Source of the DNA: Macrostomum lignano
Lineage: Eukaryota
DNA length: 64,000 nucleotides
Assembly: GCA_002269645.1 (NCBI GenBank)
Contig: NIVC01001007.1
Coordinates: 318,961-382,960, forward strand
Direction: 5' to 3'
The stretch's first letter is position 1; every line of letters starts with the position of its first letter. Both the position numbers and the translations under genes were made by a program. The notes under the pieces were generated by a model. It saw only the letters and a program-made list of their open reading frames with translations. It made no database searches and had not been told where the DNA came from. Positions 11,912 through 23,687 of the stretch are shown here, one piece after another.

Positions 11912-14900
11912 TCAGTTTGCTAGCAGTCTGACCGTGTTCACAAAATCGTCCAATTTTTCAGTGAATTTGTCCAGCAGCTGATCCAGCTCAGCTGGCGATG
12001 AGGTATTCGGTGAGCTGTTGTACGCCTGGAATGAGTCAACGTGAAGAGGCTCAATGAGGTTTCGGCCATAGACATAATTACATGTGAGTTTTGCTAAGCA
12101 TTTTGCTCCCGTCAATCTGCACGCATATCCGCACGCAAGTTTACTTGACGTTTCAGAGTTCGTAAGTATCCCCTGAAGTTTCAGAGTTTGTAAGTATCCC
12201 CTGAAGTTTCAGAGTTTGTAAGTATCCCTGAAGTTTCAGAGTTCGTAAGTATCCCCTGAAGTTTCAGAGTTTGTAAGTATCCCCTGAAGTTTCAGAGTTT
12301 GTAAGTATCCCCTGAAGTTTCAGAGTTCGTAAGTATCCCCTGAAGTTTCAGAGTTTGTAAGTATCCCCTGAAGTTTCAGAGTTTGTAAGTATCCCCTGAA
12401 GTTTCAGAGTTCGTAAGTATCCCCTGAAGTTTCAGAGTTCGTAAGTATCCCTGACGTTTCAGAGTTCGTAAGTATCCCCTGAAGTTTCAGAGTTCGTAAG
12501 TATCCCCTGAAGTTTCAGAGTTCGTAAGTATCCCCTGAAGTTTCAGAGTTTGTAAGTATTCCCTGAAGTTTCAGAGTTCGTAAGTATCCCCTGAAGTTTC
12601 AGAGTTCGTAAGTATCCCCTGAAGTTTCAGAGTTTGTAAGTATCCCCTGAAGTTTCAGAGTTCGTAAGTATCCCTGAAGTTTCAGAGTTCGTAAGTATCC
12701 CCTGAAGTTTCAGAGTTCGTAAGTATCCCCTGAAGTTTCAGAGTTTATAAAAATCCCCTGTTTATATGAAGCTTCCAGGGTTGAATATCGAATGCCAAAT
12801 ATCGCATGTCGAATATCAAATGTCGAATACCGAATGTCAAATGTCGAATATCGAGTATCGAATGTCGAATATCGAGTATTGAATATCTAATTTCGAGTTG
12901 AAGCAAAATGCATTTCCAGTTAGTGATCTCCTCAAAAAGACACAAACCTTGACAGCCTGCGCCAACCGCATGCACTGATTGGCCCATTGCTTGTCGGTCT
13001 CGCGGCTACCCATTGCGGTTCTCAGCTCTGCCAGTTTAGTCTTTGTCGGCTGCTGCTGCTGCTGCTGCGGAGATCCCGAAGCCATCAGAAGCGAATCCAG
13101 CTCTCCATCGCTGAGGTTCAGGATGCTGGCAGCTCGTTGCCTAGCTCGAAGCTGGTGCACCTCCGACTCTGTGGGACCGACAGGCTGCTGCTGCTGCGGT
13201 GGCAACGGCGGCGGCAGAGCCTCCACTCTGTCGCAATGCGTCGACACCAGCAGCCTGGTTGATTCAGACTTGGCTTCGACTAGTCTGGCAATCTGGCCTA
13301 GCAACCGTTCTGCCAGGCTCAGCCGATTCTCACAGCGCAACAGCTCCTCGCGAGCCGCCGCCTCGGAGGCCTGGGCTCGATTCGACGCCTCGTCGATTTG
13401 TCGACGTCGACGTTCGGAATCGACAGCCGACGAGCGGGCCCGGCTGCGGGCCTGGTCCAGCTCGGCCCGGCTCTCCTGCCACAGCTGCTCGAACCTGCGG
13501 CGCTGCTCGCCAGCTGAGGTGGCGGCCGAGCGGGCGGAATCCAGCTGGGACTGGATGCGCCTGCGGGTTTGAGGGGGCGGAAATGAGGGCGGATTCCAGA
13601 GCTGGGATTGGAAAAGTCTGTTGAGGCGAAAATCGGGGGGCGGAAAAATCAGTTGGGGTGGAAATAGGGGCGGAAATGGAGGGGCGGAAATGGAGGGGCG
13701 GTAATAGGGGGCGGAAATCGAGGGCGGAAATCGAAGGGCGGAAAAATAAGTTGGCGGAAAAATGGGAGGGCACACGATAAAGCAGTTAATCCGTTATTTT
13801 AAAAAATCGCATGAATTGCGCACAAGGCAATTGTCAGAAAAAATGCACGCTTAGAAGATCCGATGACTCACCTCACGGTCTCCTTCAGCGTGCCCGCTTT
13901 AGTCTTGGCCTTCTCCGCCGCTGTCCGCTCGCTAGCAGCAGCCGCCTCGGCCTCTCTAACCCGACGCCTGAGCTCGTCTATAGTGTCCTTAGCGACGCGC
14001 AGTTCTCGTTCAGCGCGCGATTTAGCCTGACGACAGCGCGCTAAGGAGTCGGAGAGCTCAGCTGTGGCCGCCGCTGCCGCGGATGTCGATTCGTCCGATT
14101 TGGTCAAGTAGTCCTCGGCTGTTGGTCCTTCGGAATGGTAGCCCGGGTCCTTGGCCGATTGTTGCTGTTTTTATATGGTAGTAAAAAGCATTGTAAAGCG
14201 TTGTAAAGTACTGACTGAGAGTGACCTTCATGGTGAGTATTCGGGTGAGATTTATGGTGAGATAGGTGAGAGTCATGGTAAAAAAGAAGGTGAGATTTAT
14301 GAGACAGTGTGAGATAGACACACTGAGACAGGGTGAGATAGACACACTGAGACAGGGTGAGATAGACACACTGAGATGGGGTGAGATAAGCGCAGTGAGA
14401 CGGCGAAATAGACACAGTGAGACAGGGTGAGACAGGGTGAGATAGACAGTGAGTCAGGGTGAGACAGACAGTGAGTCGGGGTGAGAAAGACAGCGAGACA
14501 GGGTGAGACAGACAGCGAGACAGGGTGAGACAGACAGTGAGACAGGGTGAGAAAGACAGCGAGACAGGGTGAGACAGACAGCGAGACAGGGTGAGACAGA
14601 CAGTGAGACAGGGTGAGAAAGACAGCGAGACAGGGTGAGACAGACAGTGAGACAGGGTGAGAAAGACAGCGAGACAGGGTGAGACAGACAGCGAGACAGG
14701 GTGAGACAGACAGTGAGACAGGGTGAGACAGACAATGAGACAGGGTGAGACAGACAGTGAGACAGGGTGAGACAGACAGTGAGACAGGGTGAGACAGACA
14801 GTGAGACAGGGTGAGACAGACAGTGAGACAGACAGTGAGTCGGGGTGAGACAGGGTGAGACAGACAGTGAGACAGGGTGAGAAAGACAGCGAGACAGGGT

Positions 14901-17900
14901 GAGACATGGTGAGACAGACAGCGTGACAGGGTGAGACAGACAGTGAGACAGGGTGAGACAGACAGTGAGACAGACAGTGAGTCGGGGTGAGACAGGGTGA
15001 GACAGACAGTGAGACAGGGTGAGAAAGACAGTGAGACAGGGTGAGACAGACAACAGCATCTCACAGCTCTATCGCAGGCCTCCTTCAGCCTCCGACACCG
15101 CGCCTGGCTCTGCGCCAATTCCCTTCGAAGCCGTTCCACCTCGCCAGCCAGTCGATCTCGCTCCGCCGACGCCTTCTGACGTGCCCGACGGCACTGCAGC
15201 AGCTGCTGCTGAAGAGCGCCAGTCCGAGCCTGCAGCCTGGCAACGAACATCGGTCGATGTGCATCGCCCTGGCTCTTGGCTCTGTTGGCGATCGCTCTGC
15301 CAAGACTGCGGCCGCTGTCCGGCTGACGCAGCTGTCGTTCGTCGACATCCTCGAGACCGTCGACGGAGGCATCGTCGAAATCTTTGTGCGCGGCGGTTCT
15401 TCCATCGCCGCAGTCATCCGTTGGCACGTCCTCCCAGCCGCAATCTTCGCCGTCTTCGTCGTACTCGTCGTCGATAATCGAAGCGGATTCGGCGTTTATT
15501 TGCGATCGACTATTCGCCGTTGCTGTTGGTCGATTGTGATTGGCTCGGCGAGCGGCGGTCGCGGCGCCGGTTCTGAGGCCGCTGACTCGACGGCCGAGAT
15601 GACGCAGGTAACGTTTCATTTCGATTAGAACCTGAGAGAAGTTCAATTTTTTTTATAAAATAACGAGAATTGAATTGCGGATCGCGCTCAAACTACACTA
15701 CTCAAAGTAGAAATAAAAGAAAGTTTAAAAACTTCAACAGAAAAAACGGTATTAGCTAATGCATTTCTGATTTGCCTACTGATAGTAGACAAATCGGGTT
15801 TTTATTGTATATTTAAAAGTTCCGCTAACCTGACTCTTGCGCGCCAATTCTGCGCGCACCGATTCTGCGCGTTCTTCTGCTTCGCGCCTGGCGCGCGCGT
15901 GACCCTCCAGCTCGCGAGTCTGCCGACCAATCAGATCGCGCAGCTGCAACACCTTGCGTCGGGCACTATCCAGCTCATTAGTGAGCTCTCGCACCTCATC
16001 AGGTTGAGCAGCGGCAGCTTGAGCTGCTGAGTTGGCGGACTCAAGAGCCTGGCTAAGCTCTGCGTTGGCACGCCTCTCAAAGTCTAACGATTTGCGCAAC
16101 TGCTGGCCTGTGGCCGCGTGCTCGTCTAATTGCACCTGCACCAGGGCCAGTTCGTTCTGCAAGCGCGCACTGAAAATTGAGACAGATGATTGCTGATAAA
16201 AAGATTCCTTTGAAGTTGCCGCCGCTACCAAAATGCTATTTTATCTATTAGATGATTTTTTTATTAAAGATAAGAATCTTTTGATGTTGCCGGCGCTAGT
16301 TTAATTAAATTCATCTAAACTGCTATATAGTTCATCTATACAGATGATTCCAATTTGAAGATAAAAATCTAGCTTTTGATGTCGTCGCCGCTCCGCTAGT
16401 ACTCTATTTTACTCTTTTTATCAAGAGTTCAATATTAATTAGTGGACAAAACTGCTATATATAATTGTTGAGAGGAGAGGAGCTCAGCGAGTTCACAAAC
16501 ATAAGGATACCGTCAGGGTTACTGTGATATTTCGGACATTTAATATCGGCGATATTTCACTTCTACGACACACATCTCCGACACTCCATATCTCCGACAC
16601 TTCATATCTCTGATGATTCACATATCTCCGACACTCCATATCTCCGACACTCCATATCTCCGACACTCCATATCTCCGACACTCCACATCTCCGACACTC
16701 CACATCTCCAACACTCCACATCTCCAACACTCCACATCTCCAACACTCCATATCTCCGACACTCCATATCTCCGACACTTCATATCTCTGATGATTCACA
16801 TATCTCCGACACTTCATATCTCCGACACTTCACATCTCCGACACTCCATATCTCCGACACTCCACATCTCCGACACTCCATATCTCCGACACTCCATATC
16901 TCCGACACTCCATATCTCCGACACTCCATATCTCCGACACTCCATATCTCCGACACCCGCCAAGGTACTCAAGCATCTTTTTAAGAAATCCTACCTATTA
17001 TCAGCTAGCATTAAACTTTCATGTGGTTACTACTACAAAGCTCAAAGTAGACAGAGCAGAAATTCGCTTTATATTCTATTCTCACTACTCCTAAGTAGGA
17101 TGTTCTCTGTAAACTAAACCTGATCGATCGACTGACTCACTTCTCTTCAAGCAGTCGCTCAGTCTCCAGCCGCTGTTCAGCATCAGCTTTGGCCTGGCGC
17201 AGTGAAGCCTTCAGCGCAGTCACCCTGGCGGATTTATTGCGCAACTCGCCGCTCAGCCGGGCAGCTTCAGCGTCCCGCAGTTTCAACTCGGCCTCGGCAG
17301 CGGCTGCCCGCTTATTGGCTGCGTTCACCTTGCTCTGCAGTTCCACCATGGCCTGCGGCACTGGCGTTGTGCCAACATTGCGCAGACGGCTTTTCAAATT
17401 GGCCACCTGAGCCTCCAGCTGGGCCACTTTGTACGGATAGTCTGTCACGGGCGAGGTCGCGGCCGAAGGTCGCGCAGCAGCGTCGTCGTTGCCTTCGGCT
17501 GCTAGACAGCGAGATTCCAACTCGCTGCATCGGTCGCGCCAGCGTTGAAGTTCGGTTCTCAGGCCGGTGATCTCGTCTGATTGAGTCTCCAGCATGGCCT
17601 GCAATTGAGTCATTTGTCAATTGGCTTGGCCTGGCAGCAATTTTGTGGCTTTTGTGGGTCTATGAACTTTTCTTCTGTGTTTACTTCTGGGAAGTTTACT
17701 GGTAGGATGTTTAATTGTAGAATGTTTACTTGCAGAATGTTTAATTGCAGGATGTTTAATTGTAAGATGTTTACTTGCAGAATGTTTAATTGTAGGATGT
17801 TTACTTGCAGAATGTTTAATTGTAGGATGTTTACTTGTAGGATGTTTAATTTTAGGATGTTTAATTGCAGGATGTTTAATTGCAGGATGTTTAATTGCAG

Positions 17901-20900
17901 GATGTTTAATTGTAGGATGTTTACTTGCAGAATGTTTAATTGTAGGATGTTTAATTGTAGGATGTTTAATTGTAGGATGTTTAATTGTAGGATGTTTATT
18001 TGTAGGATGTTGACTATGTAATAATAGATTATCTATGTGTATATAGTATTTAAAATCTGATTTTCACCTGAGTTCCCTCTTGAAGCGATTGAACCTGCTG
18101 CAGCAGAGCTGCCTGACCTTCCAGTTGATCGCGGCGCTCTTTATCGGCGGCTGCTGCTGCGCGCGCTGCCCGACTTTCGTCGAGCGATTGGCGCGCCGCC
18201 AGCCGCGCGCTAGCCGCCTGGTCGCGCAGTTCGGCGGCTTCGGCTTGCAGGGCGCCAACTTGGGCGCGCAGGCGGCTGGCCTCAGCTTCGCTGCGCGCCA
18301 GACTGTCGCGCGCCAAAGTGTCGTGACTTTGCGCGCCGCGCTCGACATTTTTTAGCTGGCGGAGAAAAATTGAGATGGTCATACTGGTCATACAGATTGG
18401 CAATACTGGTCATACAGATTGGCAATACTGGTCATACAGATTGGCAATACTGGTCATACAGATTAGTAATACTGGTCATACAGATTGGCAATACAAGTCA
18501 TACAGATTAGTAATACTGGTCATACAGATTGGCAATACAAGTCATACAAATTAGTAATACTGGTCATACAGATTGACAATACTGGTCATACAGATTAGTA
18601 ATACTGGTCATACAGATTGGCAATACTGGTCATACAGATTAGTAATACTGGTCATACAGATTGGCAATACTGGTCATACAGATTGGCAATACAAGTCATA
18701 CAGATTAGTAATACTGGTCATACAGATTGGCAATACTGGTCATACAGATTAGTAATACTGGTCATACAGATTGGCAATACTGGTCATACAGATTAGTAAC
18801 ACTGGTCATACAGATTGGCAATACTGGTCATACAGATTAGTAATACTGGTCATACAGATTGGCAATACAAGTCATACAGATTAGTAATACTAGTCATACA
18901 GATTGACAATACTGGTCATATTGATTGGTGATACTGGTCATACAGATTGGCAATACTGGTCATACAGATTAGTAATACTGGTCATACAGATTGGCAATAC
19001 TGGTCATACAGATTGGCAATACTGGTCATACAGATTAGTAATACTGGTCATACAGATTGGCAATACTGGTCATACAGATTGGTAATACTGGTCATACAGA
19101 TTGGCAATACTGGTCATACAGATTGGCAATACTGGTCATACAGATTGGCAATACTGGTCATACAGATTGGCAATACTGGTCATACAGATTGGCAATACTG
19201 GTCATACAGATTGGCAATACTGGTCATACAGATTGGCAATACTGGTCATACAGATTGGCAATACTGGTCATACAGATTGGCAATACTGGTCATACAGATT
19301 GGCAATACTGGTCATACAGATTGGTAATACTGGTCATACAGATTGGCAATACAAGTCATACAGATTAGTAATACTGGTCATACAGATTGACAATACTGGT
19401 CATATTGATTGGTGATACTGATCATACAGATTAGTAATACTGGTCATACAGATTGGCAATACTGGTCATACAGATTGGCAATACTAGTCATACAGATTGG
19501 CAATACTGGTCATACAGATTGGCAATACTGGTCATACAGATTGGCAATACTGGTCATATTGATTGGCAATACTAGTCATACAGATTGGCAATACTGGTCA
19601 TACAGATTGGCAATACTGGTCATACAGATTGGCAATACTGGTCATATTGATTGGCAATACTGGTCATACAGATTGGCAATACTGGTCATACAGATTGGCA
19701 ATACTGGTCATATTGATTGGTGATACTGGTCATATTGATTGGTAATGCTGGTCATACAGATTGGTAATACTGGTCATACAGATTAGTAATACTGGTCATA
19801 CAGATTAGTAATACTGGTCATACAGATTGGCAATACTGGTCATACAGATTGGCAATACTGGTCATAATCATACAGATTGTTAAATCTGTAACTGCATTGA
19901 TACATAGGTCATAAAGGATTCAAGCGAATCGAATCACCAATTAACTCACCTGTCCGTTAAGGTGGCGATTTTTATCGTGCAAGCCGACAATTTCGGCGTC
20001 AAGTCGTTCGACTCTTTCTAACAAATCCGATTTTCTGCGTTGGGAGACAATAACAAATTTATTACATAGAGTTTTTACCAAACTAAATTTATCTCTTTTA
20101 TACGTCTCTTTTACGTATGAGGATTGCTTGCAGAGTAAACTCTCGCTCCAAATCTGCGTCCTTGGTTCGAATCCACAGCGTAGCCAAATTAATAATTTAG
20201 ATTAAAGCGCAAGAAGACGCTACGGCACCAAGACATGAAGAAACCAAGGCACCAAGACATGAAGACACCAAGACATGAAGACACCAAGGCACCAAGACAT
20301 GAAGACACCAAGACATGAAGACACCAAGGCACCAAGACATGAAGACACCAAGGCACCAAGACATGAAGACACCAAGACATGAAGACACCAAGGCACCAAG
20401 ACATGAAGACACCAGGGCACCAAGACATGAAGACACTGCCGGCGCCAAGACATGAAGACACCAAGGCACCAAGACATGAAGACACCAAGGCACCAAGACA
20501 TAAAGACACTGCCGGCGCCAAGACATGAAGACACTGCCGGCGCCAAGACATGAAGACACCAAGGCACCAAGACATGAAGACACCAAGGCACCAAGACATG
20601 AAGACACCAAGGCACCAAGACATGAAGACACTGCCGGCGCCAAGACATGAAGACACCAAGGCACCAAGACATGAAGACACTGCCGGCGCCAAGACATGAA
20701 GACACCAAGGCACCAAGACATGAAGACACCAAGGCACCAAGACATGAAGACACCAAGACATGAAGACACCAAGGCACCAAGACATGAAGACACCAAGACA
20801 TGAAGACACCAAGGCACCAAGACATGAAGACACCAAGGCACCAAGACATGAAGACACCAAGACATGAAGACACCAAGGCACCAAGACATGAAGACACCAG

Positions 20901-21936
20901 GGCACCAAGACATGAAGACACTGCCGGCGCCAAGACATGAAGACACCAAGGCACCAAGACATGAAGACACCAAGGCACCAAGACATAAAGACACTGCCGG
21001 CGCCAAGACATGAAGACACTGCCGGCGCCAAGACATGAAGACACCAAGGCACCAAGACATGAAGACACCAAGGCACCAAGACATGAAGACACCAAGGCAC
21101 CAAGACATGAAGACACTGCCGGCGCCAAGACATGAAGACACCAAGGCACCAAGACATGAAGACACTGCCGGCGCCAAGACATGAAGACACCAAGGCACCA
21201 AGACATGAAGACACCAAGGCACCAAGACATGAAGACACCAAGGCACCAAGACATGAAGACACTGCCGGCGCCAAGACATGAAGACACCAAGGCACCAAGA
21301 CATGAAGACACCAAGGCACCAAGACATGAAGACACCAAGGCACCAAGACATGAAGACACCAAGGCACCAAGACATGAAGACACCAAGGCACCAAGACATG
21401 AAGACACGAAGGCACCAAGACATGAAGACACGAAGGCACCAAGACAGCTCTTTGAAGAAACAAACTAACCTTCTGTGTCAATACAGTAACTCATGTTACT
21501 TTCGATACATACCGGATTATCTACTATACAAAGACTCACTGCTTCATTAGTCCGGACATTTCCGAAGACAGTCGAGCATTTTGCGACTCCAATTCAGCTA
21601 ATCGAGCGTCTTTTGCTTGCAAAATTTGCAACACCTTTTGATCTTTAGCTTCTGCCCGTTCTCGCTCTCTGAAATAAAGAAAGCAGTTTATTTGATTGAA
21701 AAAAAGTAAAATATAAACACACGGTGCAGGTCGTGTCGAATTAACAATGCGACTCACCTTTGAGCAACCAGACTAACAGCTTGACCAACATCGGGCGTCG
21801 TAGCTTGCAACTTCTTCCACAAAGACCAGACAAACTCTTTGTCGGCGCGCAATTTTGCTAGCTGATCGCGAAGGTCGTCGTTTTCGCTGCGCAATGCCGC
21901 AAAACTGCTTGCCGATGGCGTTAGAGGTTCTTCCAT
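11912..21936 (-). CDS. CNTLN: Centlein-like centrosomal coiled-coil protein, 10 exons, ~1021 aa
   Basis: Exons 21936-21758, 21668-21540, 20034-19950, 18355-18068, 17598-17141, 16169-15830, 15631-15065, 14164-13872, 13560-12948, 12025-11912. Phases are consistent; total 3066 nt. The N-terminal ADKEFVWSLWKKLQ...PDVGQAVSLVAQREREXAEAKDQKVLQILQAKD matches my recollection of the centlein N-terminus. The rest is coiled coil. The exon 5 acceptor is the least certain boundary. Confidence 0.85.
12150..12750. repeat. 28-bp minisatellite (GAAGTTTCAGAGTTCGTAAGTATCCCCT)n in CNTLN intron 9
   Basis: About 21 units visible. Confidence 0.93.
12783..12895. repeat. 7-bp degenerate repeat (TCGAATA/TCGAATG) in CNTLN intron 9
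   Basis: Short visible periodicity. Confidence 0.75.
13570..13772. repeat. Degenerate GGGGCGGAAAT repeat in CNTLN intron 8
   Basis: 11-13 bp units. A related reverse-complement patch (CATTTCCGCCC) lies at ~10860-10950. Confidence 0.75.
14200..15055. repeat. ~22-bp minisatellite (GAGACAGGGTGAGACAGACAGT)n in CNTLN intron 7
   Basis: Begins about 10 bp from the donor site and degenerates toward the acceptor. Confidence 0.92.
16560..16958. repeat. 16-bp minisatellite (ATCTCCGACACTCCAT)n in CNTLN intron 5
   Basis: Visible units. Related to the reverse-oriented array at 63420-63745. Confidence 0.92.
17695..18012. repeat. 15-bp minisatellite (TGTAGGATGTTTAAT)n in CNTLN intron 4
   Basis: About 21 units. 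Confidence 0.92.
18378..19875. repeat. 22-bp minisatellite (TACTGGTCATACAGATTGGCAA)n in CNTLN intron 3
   Basis: About 68 units. Confidence 0.95.
20222..21446. repeat. Compound 16/24/26-bp minisatellite (GACATGAAGACACCAAGGCACCAA variants) in CNTLN intron 2
   Basis: Three unit variants are interleaved. Confidence 0.93.
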
Positions 21937-23687
21937 TTATAAGTAAACGGAAAAGTGGGCGCAACAGTTTTAGTGAAACTGTACCAGTCTAATTGGAGAG
22001 AGCATCATGAAGATAAATAAGTGGGAATTTTTTAAACGATATATAAAAAATGGTAAAACGCTCTGAGACGCTGATAGTAGTAAGAAAACTAATTAAGAAA
22101 ACTTTTATTGAATACTAGGAAAATAAAGAAGAAAAGAAAACAAGCATTGCATACGAACTGAATAAAATTCATCTATCACTCTGCAATACATGGTCGATGC
22201 TGTTCCTTAACTGATAATGTTTAATTTATATGCATAAATATCAAAATAATTATTTTTTCGGCATTCTCTATGCCGCCAACTGGGTGTAACAAATTCAAAT
22301 TAACATAATAAGGCGCACAACCGATTGAAATTGATAAAGCAATAAATCAAAATTTAACCATGAAAATTGGAAGCATCCATGTGTTTGAAGCGACCGCATA
22401 GTCAATACATGAAACCATTGATATATTGTAAAATTCGCTACTAGTACAAAAATCACGGCCTAATTAATTTAAAAAACGGTGAGACACAAGAGAGTCAGTT
22501 GGTAACAAAAGACCAAGTACAAAACAGAAAAAAATAATTGATAGGAATCAAAATGGAACACATCTGCCAAAGTTGCATACGCACAATTGAATTCCTTGAA
22601 TAAAATTGACACTTTTATATCTTACTTCCCTTCATACTATTCATAAAATTTTAATGGAAAGCAAAACAGAAATGTTCCGAAATAGTTGCGAAAAAAAATA
22701 GTTGGCATGGAGACAAAATTCGATGATAAAAATGTTACAGTTGGGTAGGTAGTAGTACGAAGTACCGATACCAAAGTCTGGATTTAAGAAACTTGTCAGA
22801 ACAATGTGGGACTGCATCCTTCATAGCACCATCGAAGATACAAAGAAAAAAGTCAAGACTTAAATAAATATGGAGATACAGTAGTATAAGTGTTCTGTCG
22901 CTATTTTTAAGACATTAGATAAAAACAGACATTTTAAAATGATGTATATTTTACACTGTTCTACTAATAGTAGATAAAAAAACCACAGTTGAATGTTTTA
23001 TAATTAATCTAAAACTGACAAATAGACCAATATAAATGGTGGGGTGAATTCGCCTTGCGCAGAATTTTTTTGAACTTCTTGCATAAGACACAACACAGCA
23101 GCACGTAAATAAGCTAGGTTGATTCTTTATTGCCTGATGGCAGTCTGCAATCTGCGCGCCCCCTCGGGGGGGGGGGGGGTGGCCAGCCCAAGGATAAGAA
23201 AAGAAAAAACGAATGTACATTGAAAAGATAAGAAAACAGGAATGTACATTAGCTACTGTCCGCGCGGAGAGGGTAGAAGTCGACGCGGGGGGGGGGGGCG
23301 AGAAACTTTGGGGCTGTGGAATGCGGCGGATGAGCGAACACATTAAGGGGCAGTTTTGAGCGGCAATTAAAGAATGAACTTGGGGGGGGGGTCTGGTGCA
23401 AGTTTATCGCCAGCAAGATTAGTCTTAGACAGTTAATAATATGCGGTTTAAAACTGCAACACATTTCATTTCATCTTGGATGTTTAAATTGTACTGCAGG
23501 CATTAGGTGAAACGGTGGCGGGTCAAGACAAAGTGAATGAAATCGACAGGTTAACTCTTATATAACAGAGACAAATAAAGGGTTTGCTAGCAAAATAGCT
23601 CTGTTATCTTAAACGGTTCTTAACAAGAAAATCGTTGCAATATAATAAACCGAACTAATGTTGAATGAATAAATGAATTTTACATTA

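Noticed and set aside
16935-16995. Possible extra CNTLN micro-exon next to the 16-bp array
   Set aside because: Candidate acceptors give in-frame stops, and exon 5 joins exon 6 in phase without it.
12979-18355. Plus-strand ORFs overlapping CNTLN exons
   Set aside because: These are antisense shadows of GC-rich coiled-coil exons, with no splice-consistent model.
14104-21550. Long Cys/Ser/Leu-rich ORFs (LSHPVSLSVSPC, SCLGALVS, GHTDWQYWSYR, RMFNC repeats)
   Set aside because: All are frame readings of CNTLN intronic minisatellites.
23150-23420. G-run-rich patch, possible G-quadruplex or repeat remnant
   Set aside because: Only isolated homopolymer runs; no definable element boundaries.
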